Sequence record: PP919962.1
Source: Klebsiella phage KP2025
Reading direction: 5' to 3' (one strand)
DNA length: 64,000 nucleotides
The translations under genes and the position numbers were made by a program. Shown here piece by piece: positions 46,778 through 54,707 of this stretch; the stretch's first letter is position 1, and the number at the start of each line of letters is the position of its first letter. Under the pieces are notes generated by a model. That model had not been told where the DNA came from. It searched no databases and saw only the letters and a list, made by a program, of their open reading frames with translations.

Positions 46778-47077
46778 ATGCAACCTTTACAATTACTTTC
46801 CACTTTACGCGCTATCGCCAACAACACTCTGATCGCTTGCCAGCGCCAGGAGTTTAAACCTGAATTCATCTATAAGAATCATAACCAGCAGTTAGCCACA
46901 ATTGAACAGGCAATTAGTGGTTACAAAATGGGGGTAAAGGTTAACGCGAAATATAAAGCGGAGATCAAGAAAATAACGCTTGCACCAATGAAGGAAAAGA
47001 CCTATTATCTAATCAGCGAGCAGGTGAAAGGCGGCGTAAGCCAGTTAACAAGCGCCATAGAATTTATGAAGCGCTAA
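46778..47077 (+). CDS. hypothetical protein (99 aa)
   Basis: ORF. Confidence 0.5.
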   Translation: MQPLQLLSTLRAIANNTLIACQRQEFKPEFIYKNHNQQLATIEQAISGYKMGVKVNAKYKAEIKKITLAPMKEKTYYLISEQVKGGVSQLTSAIEFMKR

Positions 47078-47088
47078 CAATCCAGGAG

Positions 47089-47106
47089 GGCGGCAGCAAT
47101 GCCGCC
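47089..47106 (+). promoter_or_regulatory. leader hairpin GGCGGCA-GCAA-TGCCGCC (GNRA tetraloop)
   Basis: perfect 7-bp stem. Confidence 0.55.
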
Positions 47107-47117
47107 AACAATGAAGA

Positions 47118-47381
47118 ATGAAAAACATCATTTACCGATTGACAAAACGCAACATTCTGATCGCTACTGTGATCGCTTGCCTTTTCGCTTTCGTTAGTAA
47201 CGCAACGTTTAACGCTGTGGGCGGGATGATGTTTAACGCTGGCAACGTTTCAACAGCTAACACAATGATCGACCTTTTGCAACTTTTCTTTTATGTTGCC
47301 TTTCGTTTAAAAATAGCTTGCAAACTGGATCGCTATGATGTACCTTTTATTTGTGGCGGCGTGATAGCTATTGTATGTTAA
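47118..47381 (+). CDS. small membrane protein (87 aa)
   Basis: hydrophobic helix; alternative 28-aa ORF from ATG 47111. Confidence 0.45.
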   Translation: MKNIIYRLTKRNILIATVIACLFAFVSNATFNAVGGMMFNAGNVSTANTMIDLLQLFFYVAFRLKIACKLDRYDVPFICGGVIAIVC

Positions 47382-47395
47382 CCGGAGTAAAAACA

Positions 47396-47688
47396 TGTTA
47401 AGATCTAACAAAAATTTAAAATTACGTCAATCCCTCGTTAATATGGCGATCAGTGTTGAGCCGTACAAACGAAAAGAGCCTAAGCAAGATATGCGAGGAC
47501 GGAAAACAACCTGGACAGATCAACAGGTATTAGAGATCCGGGCCTTACATAAATATGGCGGCATGTTACCCGCCGAAATTGCAGAACGTTACAACACGAC
47601 AAAAGGCGCAATAAATAGCTTGCTTTCTTATGTAACCCGCGTACACTTAGAGCCAGAAAGAAAACATTTACCAGCGAGAGAGGCTTGA
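47396..47688 (+). CDS. putative HTH DNA-binding protein (about 97 aa)
   Basis: GGAG RBS before ATG 47396; LPAEIAERYNTTKGAINSLLS resembles a helix-turn-helix. Confidence 0.4.
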
Positions 47689-47763
47689 CAATAGCAGCGG
47701 GTCTGGTAAAGTGTATCACGTAGGCCGAGGAATAAGCCGAAGCCCGTCAAAGAGGTTAGAAAC

Positions 47764-47961
47764 ATGTTTACTTACTTGCTAATTAATGATTCATCTAATG
47801 AAGTGGTACATACTGATAAACCATCTTTACCGGGTTTTCGTCATTTTGGTAAATATGAAAATTGCAAGCAAATTTCGTGCTTTACTGGAAAGGTCATTTC
47901 CACCGTTGAGGATGATTTGGAAATCCTCACAAAAATTTGTAACTTGCGTTTAACTAAATAG
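47764..47961 (+). CDS. hypothetical protein (65 aa)
   Basis: ORF. Confidence 0.45.
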   Translation: MFTYLLINDSSNEVVHTDKPSLPGFRHFGKYENCKQISCFTGKVISTVEDDLEILTKICNLRLTK

Positions 47962-47963
47962 GA

Positions 47964-48356
47964 ATGATTCTCATGTCCAACTTCGATATCTTTTTAGCGG
48001 CTTATATTGAGGCTATGTTGTGGAGTAGTAGCGGGACAACCCCGGACGGGGAAGATCTGGAAAGTCTGGAAGGGTTCGAACTTTCCACCGAAGCAAAACG
48101 CAAGGCAAAGGAAGAATGCGAACAATTCTTATTTGTATCACAGATCCTTTTCCTGGGGCTGCCTGAATGGTACGGAAAAGGCGACGGCGGGATCTATACT
48201 TATGCGGGGCATGATTTTTGGCTTACTCGCAACGGTCACGGCGCTGGATTCTGGGATCGTGGGCTTGAGGATATAGGCGACCGCTTAACAGAAGTTAGTA
48301 AAACTTTTGGGGAGCTTGATCCATACATTGGCGACGATGGGAAAATTTATTTTTAA
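47964..48356 (+). CDS. hypothetical protein (about 127 aa; start 47964 or 47973)
   Basis: leader contains GAATGATTCTCAT half-palindrome. Confidence 0.5.
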   Translation: MILMSNFDIFLAAYIEAMLWSSSGTTPDGEDLESLEGFELSTEAKRKAKEECEQFLFVSQILFLGLPEWYGKGDGGIYTYAGHDFWLTRNGHGAGFWDRGLEDIGDRLTEVSKTFGELDPYIGDDGKIYF

Positions 48357-48362
48357 AAACGC

Positions 48363-48419
48363 TTGCAACGCTGATCGCCGTTTGCTATAGTTACTTTGAA
48401 GGGCGGGAACTTCTCCCGC
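48363..48419 (+). promoter_or_regulatory. early cassette: TTGCAA-17-TATAGT plus hairpin GCGGGA-ACTTC-TCCCGC
   Basis: upstream of 48442. Confidence 0.55.
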
Positions 48420-48441
48420 TCAATCCTCAAAGGGTAAGAAA

Positions 48442-48705
48442 ATGGAAATCATCCTGGAACGTTACACCGTCAAAGAAACTGGCCTGATCGCTTTCAAACG
48501 TTTGGTAGTGGTTCAAAATGCAAATGGACTCTTTGAGGTTGTTAAAGAAGTTGATTATGGTCGGGGCGCTGGTGTGACAGTGGCAAAGATGCCTATCAAG
48601 CCTTATAAAACCCGTAAGGGCGCAGAAAAGGCGATGCAAGCCTATCAGCCTAAACGCTATCAAATGACCCTAGTCGAGGGTTTAATGATGGAAGGTAAAA
48701 TCTAA
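48442..48705 (+). CDS. hypothetical protein (87 aa)
   Basis: ORF. Confidence 0.5.
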   Translation: MEIILERYTVKETGLIAFKRLVVVQNANGLFEVVKEVDYGRGAGVTVAKMPIKPYKTRKGAEKAMQAYQPKRYQMTLVEGLMMEGKI

Positions 48706-48712
48706 CAATTCA

Positions 48713-48734
48713 GGGGAGCCGCTACGGTTCCCCA
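48713..48734 (+). promoter_or_regulatory. leader hairpin GGGGAGCC-GCTAC-GGTTCCCC
   Basis: 18 nt before ATG 48752. Confidence 0.5.
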
Positions 48735-48751
48735 TCTTTGGAATAATAAAA

Positions 48752-48946
48752 ATGACTAGTAGCGAAGAAATTAGAAAAGCCATAGCTGTTTTACGCTATC
48801 ATAACCGATTAAAGGTTATTAATGACCCTGATTATGTAGGATCAACATTTGAGGCGGATACATTGGACAGTATATCATCGTTAGCAGAGTTACATAAACG
48901 TATGACCGAAAGTAACAGATCGGATTTTATCGGTGGGGAAATATAA
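48752..48946 (+). CDS. hypothetical protein (64 aa)
   Basis: ORF. Confidence 0.45.
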   Translation: MTSSEEIRKAIAVLRYHNRLKVINDPDYVGSTFEADTLDSISSLAELHKRMTESNRSDFIGGEI

Positions 48947-48947
48947 T

Positions 48948-49274
48948 ATGATTATCTTTTGCAACATTCTCAAAAAGTATGTTTTCCAAATGTCAAGTTT
49001 TCGTGTCTATTGGTCTAAGCGTGGACACTACACTGCCAGCAGTAAAGCGGGAGCTATGCCAGGCACTGGAAACGGAGAGATCGAAAGCACAGGAGCCACA
49101 ACAGGAGAGGCCGTTAAAAACTTACATTTAGCCTTGATCCAACGTAGAGCAGCATTGCAAGCCAAAATTGAAGAGGTGGAGGAAGCAATGTATCAAGTCT
49201 CCCGTAATGGATGGAAAGCAGAGGATTTGTTATTGTTACCGAAAGAAGGCGAGATCGGCAGCAAGAAACGCTAA
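48948..49274 (+). CDS. hypothetical protein (108 aa; ATG 48948 preferred over GTG 48933)
   Basis: TAATATG junction with upstream stop. Confidence 0.45.
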   Translation: MIIFCNILKKYVFQMSSFRVYWSKRGHYTASSKAGAMPGTGNGEIESTGATTGEAVKNLHLALIQRRAALQAKIEEVEEAMYQVSRNGWKAEDLLLLPKEGEIGSKKR

Positions 49275-49287
49275 AATCTTTACAATT

Positions 49288-49318
49288 CCAGGGCTTGCTT
49301 TTTGCCCTGGTTTTGCTA
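49288..49318 (+). terminator. rho-independent terminator CCAGGGC-TTGCTTTTT-GCCCTGG + TTTTGCTATT
   Basis: paralog of terminator at 46692. Confidence 0.55.
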
Positions 49319-49353
49319 TTATCTTTTATAGGCGATGGCACCTGATGCAGGGG

Positions 49354-49375
49354 GAGACAAACACCGAACCTGCCT
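49354..49375 (+). repeat. 22-nt repeat GAGACAAACACCGAACCTGCCT (inverted partner of 38042..38063)
   Basis: exact match; second ACCGAACCTGG half-copy 20 nt downstream. Confidence 0.7.
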
Positions 49376-49661
49376 AGCATTCAGGGAAGCTAACCGAACC
49401 TGGACGCCTCCCTTCAAATGAGAATTACTCGCAACAAACATCGTGCCAACTTTACTTTCTAAATGAGAAAAATTCTTATTAGTGAGATCTATTTGTTTAT
49501 GAGCTAGGGTATTGCCAGGACACAAAAGCGCTTAAAATCGATTCTAGAGCGTTTTAAAGGTATGTATGTTTATACAGGACTTGAAAATAAATTTGACAAA
49601 GATTTTATAGTGTGCTATTCGCATATGATTGTTTTCTTTACAGTTCTTTACAAATCTACTC

Positions 49662-49689
49662 TTGCATGAAATATCGGTTATGGTATTAT
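49662..49689 (+). promoter_or_regulatory. promoter TTGCAT-16-TATTAT
   Basis: upstream of 49739; long leader with AGCGTTTTAAAGG motif at 49545. Confidence 0.5.
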
Positions 49690-49738
49690 TTATCTCGTAG
49701 GGCAGGAACACGAAATCAACTTAACGAGGTAAACGAAA

Positions 49739-50107
49739 ATGACTATCATCAATCTGAATACTACTATTAAAGGTAAAGATTTTGGCGGCGTAGTAGATCA
49801 TGATCCGATGTGGTCACTTTCTGTTTTCAAAGGTGATTTAATCGATGTTGTAACCATTGACAGCGGGTCAGATGATTATAAGTGTGAAATTCATCTTACA
49901 AACTGGTACACTGGCAAAGTTTACGCCCTGGATCGCGTGATCATCGGTCGAATCGAAACATTAGAGGACGAAGAAACCGGAGAAACCTTTGATTATTATA
50001 TCAATAGCACTAACCGCGCAGAACGCTTGTTAGAGAAGATGAAAGAAAAAGGAACTATTGATTTATCTCACTGGGTGGACATTACAAACGATCCAGCCTA
50101 CAAATAA
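49739..50107 (+). CDS. hypothetical protein (122 aa)
   Basis: ORF. Confidence 0.55.
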   Translation: MTIINLNTTIKGKDFGGVVDHDPMWSLSVFKGDLIDVVTIDSGSDDYKCEIHLTNWYTGKVYALDRVIIGRIETLEDEETGETFDYYINSTNRAERLLEKMKEKGTIDLSHWVDITNDPAYK

Positions 50108-50118
50108 AACACCATTTC

Positions 50119-50147
50119 AAAGGGGCGCACAAAGCGCCCTTTCTTTT
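50119..50147 (+). terminator. rho-independent terminator AAAGGGGCGC-ACAAA-GCGCCCTTT + CTTTTT
   Basis: 10-bp stem and T run. Confidence 0.65.
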
Positions 50148-51670
50148 TGCCTATCGTTTAATGATAGCTTTTACCGATTGAAATCACTCACAGCAGAAAA
50201 GTGAATAAATCGCGTTATGAGGTTTTCTAAGCAAGGTTGACTAACTACCAGGGGCAAACGGTAAGCCGCTTAGAATGGCTTACAGGAGCTTTAAAGGGCA
50301 TAGCCACTATCTAAATAATCAATAAGTCCATAAATCTAACGATCTAATCAATAATGATAATCAATCTCATATATCCGTGATTAATTATGCAGAATATTGC
50401 ATAGTGTGATAGTGAGAATCATTTACAATCAAAGTAACAATTGACAATTTATCCAATCATAAACAATCAAATAATAAATAGATAAATAGTTATCTTGCTA
50501 ATCTATGCACCTGATATCATTTCAATAATTAACAATAACACAATAAAACAATCAACTAGTCAATAATAAGCAATGAAACTATTATTAACACTATTAATCT
50601 ACAATTCATTCTTACAATAATAATCTATGAAATAATTAGCAAAGAATGTATTAGCAAGCCTACGCGGGAAACGTAGGCTGCTAATAATAACACAACTACA
50701 CCACCTCATTTCGGAATAATCCCTGATTATCCCTCATGTGATTATGTAGCTTGCAATGCTTGCAAGCGTAATGATGTATGTGATACATCATAACACTCAC
50801 AATCATTACGTGTGTTATTATTAGCATATAAAGTAATTAACATTCTAACAGAATCATTCATTGTGAAACAATTAGCACACTATCTATTTGCGGAGGAATT
50901 ATTGAGTGAATAACGAAAATAATTCTATAGCTAATGATTAATGATAGAACTATTACGCAGCGAAAATATTACACGCTGAAGCGTGGAATGTTGAGCATTA
51001 ATGAGAATAAGAATTAATATTATTCGGGCGAGCAAATGCCCACGAAGTGGGCTATTGTTGAGCCACTTCTCTTAAAAGAGAAATTTTTAGGAATTATCTT
51101 GATTTTCGAGCCGTTTGATGCTATGCGCAGCATACCACTGTTCACTTATACAGTGGATTTGTCATGAGAATCGTTATCAGTCGCCTTTTGTGGCAATTTG
51201 GCACCTTGTAAACACATGTTTATTAATGCCAAACTATTGATTTATAAGGATTTATTGTCAGTTTATCGTGATGGGCATGGAATACGGTCAATCTTTGACC
51301 AAAAGTGTCGTAAGTTATTGAATGATATTAAGAATGAGAATGATTCGCATTGATATTTGGGACTCGCGGAAATTTGAAAATGGGGGTGCCCGAAAATCGC
51401 GTTAAGCACCTCTCGCAAGCGAGCCATATTACCGCCAACATATTGATATTATTGACATTTCTTTGCCAAATAGGGGGTGGCTTAAAAATTCCGGATATAT
51501 GGGAGAAATTTTGTAGTTTTTGTGGTAAATTGTATGTAAAATAATCAGCAATAATAATGTTTAATTGATAGATATTTCCGATGATAATCCTATGTAAATA
51601 GGGTAGCTTTTTATTTCCGGGTGTTGTAGGATGATTGTCATGAAAGATTGCTATGTGTAAGGAGAGAAAG
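50148..51670. other. 1.5-kb AT-rich non-coding island lacking ORFs, dense in short palindromes and hairpins
   Basis: hairpins AGCCTACG-CGGGAAA-CGTAGGCT (50657), GCTTGCAA-TG-CTTGCAAGC (50749), ATGATGTAT-GT-GATACATCAT (50771), CACGC-TGAA-GCGTG (50984), GCCCAC-GAAG-TGGGC (51037), GGTCAA-TCT-TTGACC (51286); GAGAATGATTCGCATTG at 51345; no ORF over 60 aa. Confidence 0.5.
51599..51618 (+). repeat. partial copy C of conserved element (TAGGGTAGCTTTTTATTTCC)
   Basis: shares the TAGGGTAGC-T-run core with 29326 and 60766. Confidence 0.4.
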
Positions 51671-51766
51671 ATGGAAGCGTTAATGATACTTGGTGCTATA
51701 GTTGTGTTGCTGCTGGTACTATATTTTGCTCCAAGAGATGGTTCAGACTGGGATACATATTTCTAA
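51671..51766 (+). CDS. small membrane peptide (31 aa) missed by ORF track
   Basis: strong RBS AAGGAGAGAAAGATG. Confidence 0.4.
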   Translation: MEALMILGAIVVLLLVLYFAPRDGSDWDTYF

Positions 51767-51780
51767 GAGAGGAGAGTGCA

Positions 51781-51924
51781 ATGACGTATAGAACACGTAC
51801 AGAATGGTTGAAGAAAGGGTTGTATGTCATTCCTCATGCAAAGCCCACTGCTAAGACGAATAAAGGTGAGAGCTTGTTTAAAAGATCTCAGGTGCAATAT
51901 AGTTTCGAAGGGAGAGAGTCATGA
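51781..51924 (+). CDS. small basic protein (47 aa) missed by ORF track
   Basis: GAGAGGAGAGTGCAATG RBS. Confidence 0.4.
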   Translation: MTYRTRTEWLKKGLYVIPHAKPTAKTNKGESLFKRSQVQYSFEGRES

Positions 51925-51973
51925 CAAAGGGTGAAGACGACTATTATGAAAAATTGCTAGAGGAGAGTGTTAA

Positions 51974-52285
51974 GTGCAATATGAGAGTAAAAATTTAAGA
52001 CTGGCTACGAAAGTTCTGCAAGATATGGCGAACACGCCGAATCCGCCCTTCAAGAGAAGGAAAGTAGAGAAAGTATCACTGTGCGAAGAAGAGAAAGAAA
52101 TCCTTCTTATACGATTGCTCTATGAGCAGGCTGGATGGAATGTGAAACAACTGCAAGATTGCTTCGGGAAACAACTATCTACAGTGCAGAGGATTGTGAA
52201 CTACGAAAACTATAAACATATCCTCACCGAAGGATTCCGTTTATCAGAGGAAGCTTTGATAATGTCTCAAATGGAAGTCATGTAA
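51974..52285 (+). CDS. putative DNA-binding protein (103 aa, GTG start)
   Basis: KQLSTVQRIVNYENY resembles an HTH recognition helix; weak. Confidence 0.35.
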   Translation: MQYESKNLRLATKVLQDMANTPNPPFKRRKVEKVSLCEEEKEILLIRLLYEQAGWNVKQLQDCFGKQLSTVQRIVNYENYKHILTEGFRLSEEALIMSQMEVM

Positions 52286-52317
52286 TAGGCAGTGATCGTC
52301 ATAACAAAGGAGAAATT

Positions 52318-52515
52318 ATGTATCAATTGAAAGTGAACAGTGTGATTAATCATCCGATTAATCTGGTGATTAATGGTGCAATTGCCACAGGCTTCGGGGT
52401 GTATTATTATGATGGCTGGGATGCTGTAACTTATAGCTTGGCTATGTTTGCAATGATGCAAATGTTTGATGCTTTATGGGTTTACATCAAAACTAAGTGG
52501 TGCAATAAGGAGTGA
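52318..52515 (+). CDS. small membrane protein (65 aa)
   Basis: AAGGAG RBS. Confidence 0.5.
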   Translation: MYQLKVNSVINHPINLVINGAIATGFGVYYYDGWDAVTYSLAMFAMMQMFDALWVYIKTKWCNKE

Positions 52516-52520
52516 TTAAC

Positions 52521-52685
52521 ATGCAAGAAGAGCGTAGTGTTTGGTATGCTGAGGGATTTGTCCATGCTCTTTCATATGGGCGATTCTATCGTCGTAATCC
52601 CTACAGGGTGGGGAGCAGACCATTTAATGAGTGGGAAGCAGGTTTTGATCATGGTGTACGTAAATATTCTGAGGAGAAGGTATGA
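52521..52685 (+). CDS. small protein (54 aa) with ribosome-modulation-factor-like motif
   Basis: AEGFVHALSYGRFYRRNPYRVGSRPFNEWEAGFDHG loosely matches RMF G-Y/F-x-AG...P-Y...W..GW..G; low confidence. Confidence 0.3.
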   Translation: MQEERSVWYAEGFVHALSYGRFYRRNPYRVGSRPFNEWEAGFDHGVRKYSEEKV

Positions 52686-53392
52686 TCAGTAAAGAAGAGT
52701 TAGAGAAGTGGGCTTTTCAGCTAAATATGGATGGTGATTGTGATGCAACAGATAAAGATATTGAAACTCTCATTACTCAGGCGCTGGACACAATGGAAGA
52801 GCTTGAAAAAGCAAAACGTTGTTTGCCTGTAGATAAAGAATTCGAAGTGAGAGGTTCATGGATTGGTTCTGTGCAAAACTACATTGTTCACCTTGAAGAG
52901 TCTTTGAAGGATGCAACTGCTTATATTGAAAAACTACGGGAGTGGAATGCAGGCTTAGCTCAAGAATCTTTTGAAAGGCAGGAACGAATTGCAGAGTTGA
53001 CAGCGGGGAAGGTTGGTAATGCTTTGCTTGAAAGAGAAAATCATCATGCCGAAGTTGTTGGACATTTGGTTGATCTGATTATTGAGCTTAAAGCAAAACT
53101 CTCAGAGTCTTCTGAGAGCGAGTTAGATCGTAACCCTGTACTAGCGTATGCCGACAGTTATCGTGATATGGCGAAACAAGGTGTCGAGTCAGTCCCAATT
53201 TGGAGCGTCATCACCGACCTAGAGCGAAACATAGCGCCGCTATGTCGCCACACGCAGCCAGCGCCGGAAGTGCCAACGTTTGATGAATGGCTGGAGCTTA
53301 GCGGTAATAAGCCACTTGGTTGGGTCAAAGACGCGATGCGCGAATCTTATGACGCCTGCCGTTCTGCCATGCTTAACGGAGGTAAATTATGA
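52682..53392 (+). CDS. hypothetical protein (236 aa)
   Basis: ORF, ATGA overlap upstream. Confidence 0.55.
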   Translation: MISKEELEKWAFQLNMDGDCDATDKDIETLITQALDTMEELEKAKRCLPVDKEFEVRGSWIGSVQNYIVHLEESLKDATAYIEKLREWNAGLAQESFERQERIAELTAGKVGNALLERENHHAEVVGHLVDLIIELKAKLSESSESELDRNPVLAYADSYRDMAKQGVESVPIWSVITDLERNIAPLCRHTQPAPEVPTFDEWLELSGNKPLGWVKDAMRESYDACRSAMLNGGKL

Positions 53393-53754
53393 AGTTCGAA
53401 GAATGGTTAGCACAACAGGATGGGGTTATTGAAGTAGATTGCGGCTGTGTTACCGCAGAAGCTTTTTATCACTGGATGCGCGTAGCTTATGAGTCGGGCA
53501 ACTCTCTGGCACAATCTGATTGCTATCCGGTGCAAAACCAAGGATGGATTCCCGTAAGCGAGCGTCTACCAGAGAATAAACCGGGAGGTTACGAATACTT
53601 GGTATTTGAAACACTCAACGGATGTGTAAATCATGATTACTGGGCTGTGCCAGATACAGGACAGGAATTTACTCCTTTCTGGAACCGTTATGGCGACTAT
53701 GTAACCCACTGGATGCCACTGCCCGCTGGGCCAAAGGAGCAAGATAATGTTTAA
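53389..53754 (+). CDS. DUF551-domain protein
   Basis: WIPVSERLPE...VTHWMPLPAGP matches the phage DUF551 C-terminal pattern. Confidence 0.55.
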   Translation: MKFEEWLAQQDGVIEVDCGCVTAEAFYHWMRVAYESGNSLAQSDCYPVQNQGWIPVSERLPENKPGGYEYLVFETLNGCVNHDYWAVPDTGQEFTPFWNRYGDYVTHWMPLPAGPKEQDNV

Positions 53755-53944
53755 TCCTAATGAAAGTTTTACTTCTGTATTCATTGTGCTAGGAATTGTT
53801 TGTGGGGTTGTTGGATGGGCAGCCATCGAACTCCTCTGTTGGTTGTTTTCCTTCGTGCATATCACTTTTGGGAGATAAACAAGCCTTGCAATTTCTTATG
53901 AATGTGTATAATGTATGTACAAGATATAGAAATGGAGGTGGAAG

Positions 53945-54448
53945 ATGAAAATTCGTTTATTACACGATGGTGGTTATGAGGGATTAGCTAACGTGCAATT
54001 CCCTGTAGAAGTGGAAGTTGAGCGTGAGGGTTACGGCGGCGGCGTCTATGTGGGGTGGGATGCAATCTCTGCTATTCCTGAGTGGTTCTACAATAAAAAT
54101 GATGCTTACGTAGGAGGTTCTTATTATTTCTGTAAGCATGAAGTGGAACTCGTTGGCAGCGAGGTAGAGGAGCGTATCTCTGCTCTACGTGAAAAAGGCA
54201 TAACTATGTTCCCTAACCTCTCGAAGGAAGAAAAGATAGACGTGTTGTATATTGAGGATGAACCTGCGGTATCCGCTGAATGCTGTGTTGATACACGGAA
54301 AGACAAACTGATCTCGCTTGTGAGAGATTACGGGGAGATCATTACCGAGGGATACAAACACGACTCTCTTCTAGCTATGCTTGCTTGTCACGAAGAAGAG
54401 AAGCGTCTGTTGAAAGAGATCATTAAGATGATTAACGAGGGTGTTTAG
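53945..54448 (+). CDS. hypothetical protein (167 aa)
   Basis: GGAGGTGGAAGATG RBS. Confidence 0.55.
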   Translation: MKIRLLHDGGYEGLANVQFPVEVEVEREGYGGGVYVGWDAISAIPEWFYNKNDAYVGGSYYFCKHEVELVGSEVEERISALREKGITMFPNLSKEEKIDVLYIEDEPAVSAECCVDTRKDKLISLVRDYGEIITEGYKHDSLLAMLACHEEEKRLLKEIIKMINEGV

Positions 54449-54456
54449 GAGGGTAT

Positions 54457-54696
54457 ATGAATGTATACCGTGTAGAGTTTGACGTGGTGGACTCTGTATC
54501 ATTACTGTACCCTGCTATTCCAAGTAAAACAGGGCGTGAAGCGCTATTTATTAATGCAGAGAACCCGCAAGATGCAATGTTCTATGCTGGTATGGTGTGG
54601 ATGGAGCAGTGTGTTATTAACGGTTTCCAAATCAGATGGAAGACCTTAGAAAACGTGACTGCGATTTTTCTGGAAGAGTTGAAGGAGGGCTTATGA
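54457..54696 (+). CDS. hypothetical protein (79 aa)
   Basis: ORF. Confidence 0.5.
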   Translation: MNVYRVEFDVVDSVSLLYPAIPSKTGREALFINAENPQDAMFYAGMVWMEQCVINGFQIRWKTLENVTAIFLEELKEGL

Positions 54697-54707
54697 GAGG
54701 TAATAAG

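Noticed and set aside
48060-48080. tRNA-like T-arm fragment GGGTTCGAAC
   Set aside because: It lies inside a coding sequence, with no acceptor or anticodon stems and no flanking cloverleaf. No tRNA genes were detected anywhere in the window.
38042-49375. Reading the 22-nt inverted repeat as genome terminal repeats or a transposon
   Set aside because: Terminal repeats of T7/T5-type phages are direct, not inverted. There is no transposase and no target-site duplication, and the interval is ordinary phage early genes.
51350-51544. 64-aa ORF at the edge of the non-coding island
   Set aside because: It has no RBS and an odd composition, and lies within a repeat-rich AT island. Treated as non-coding.
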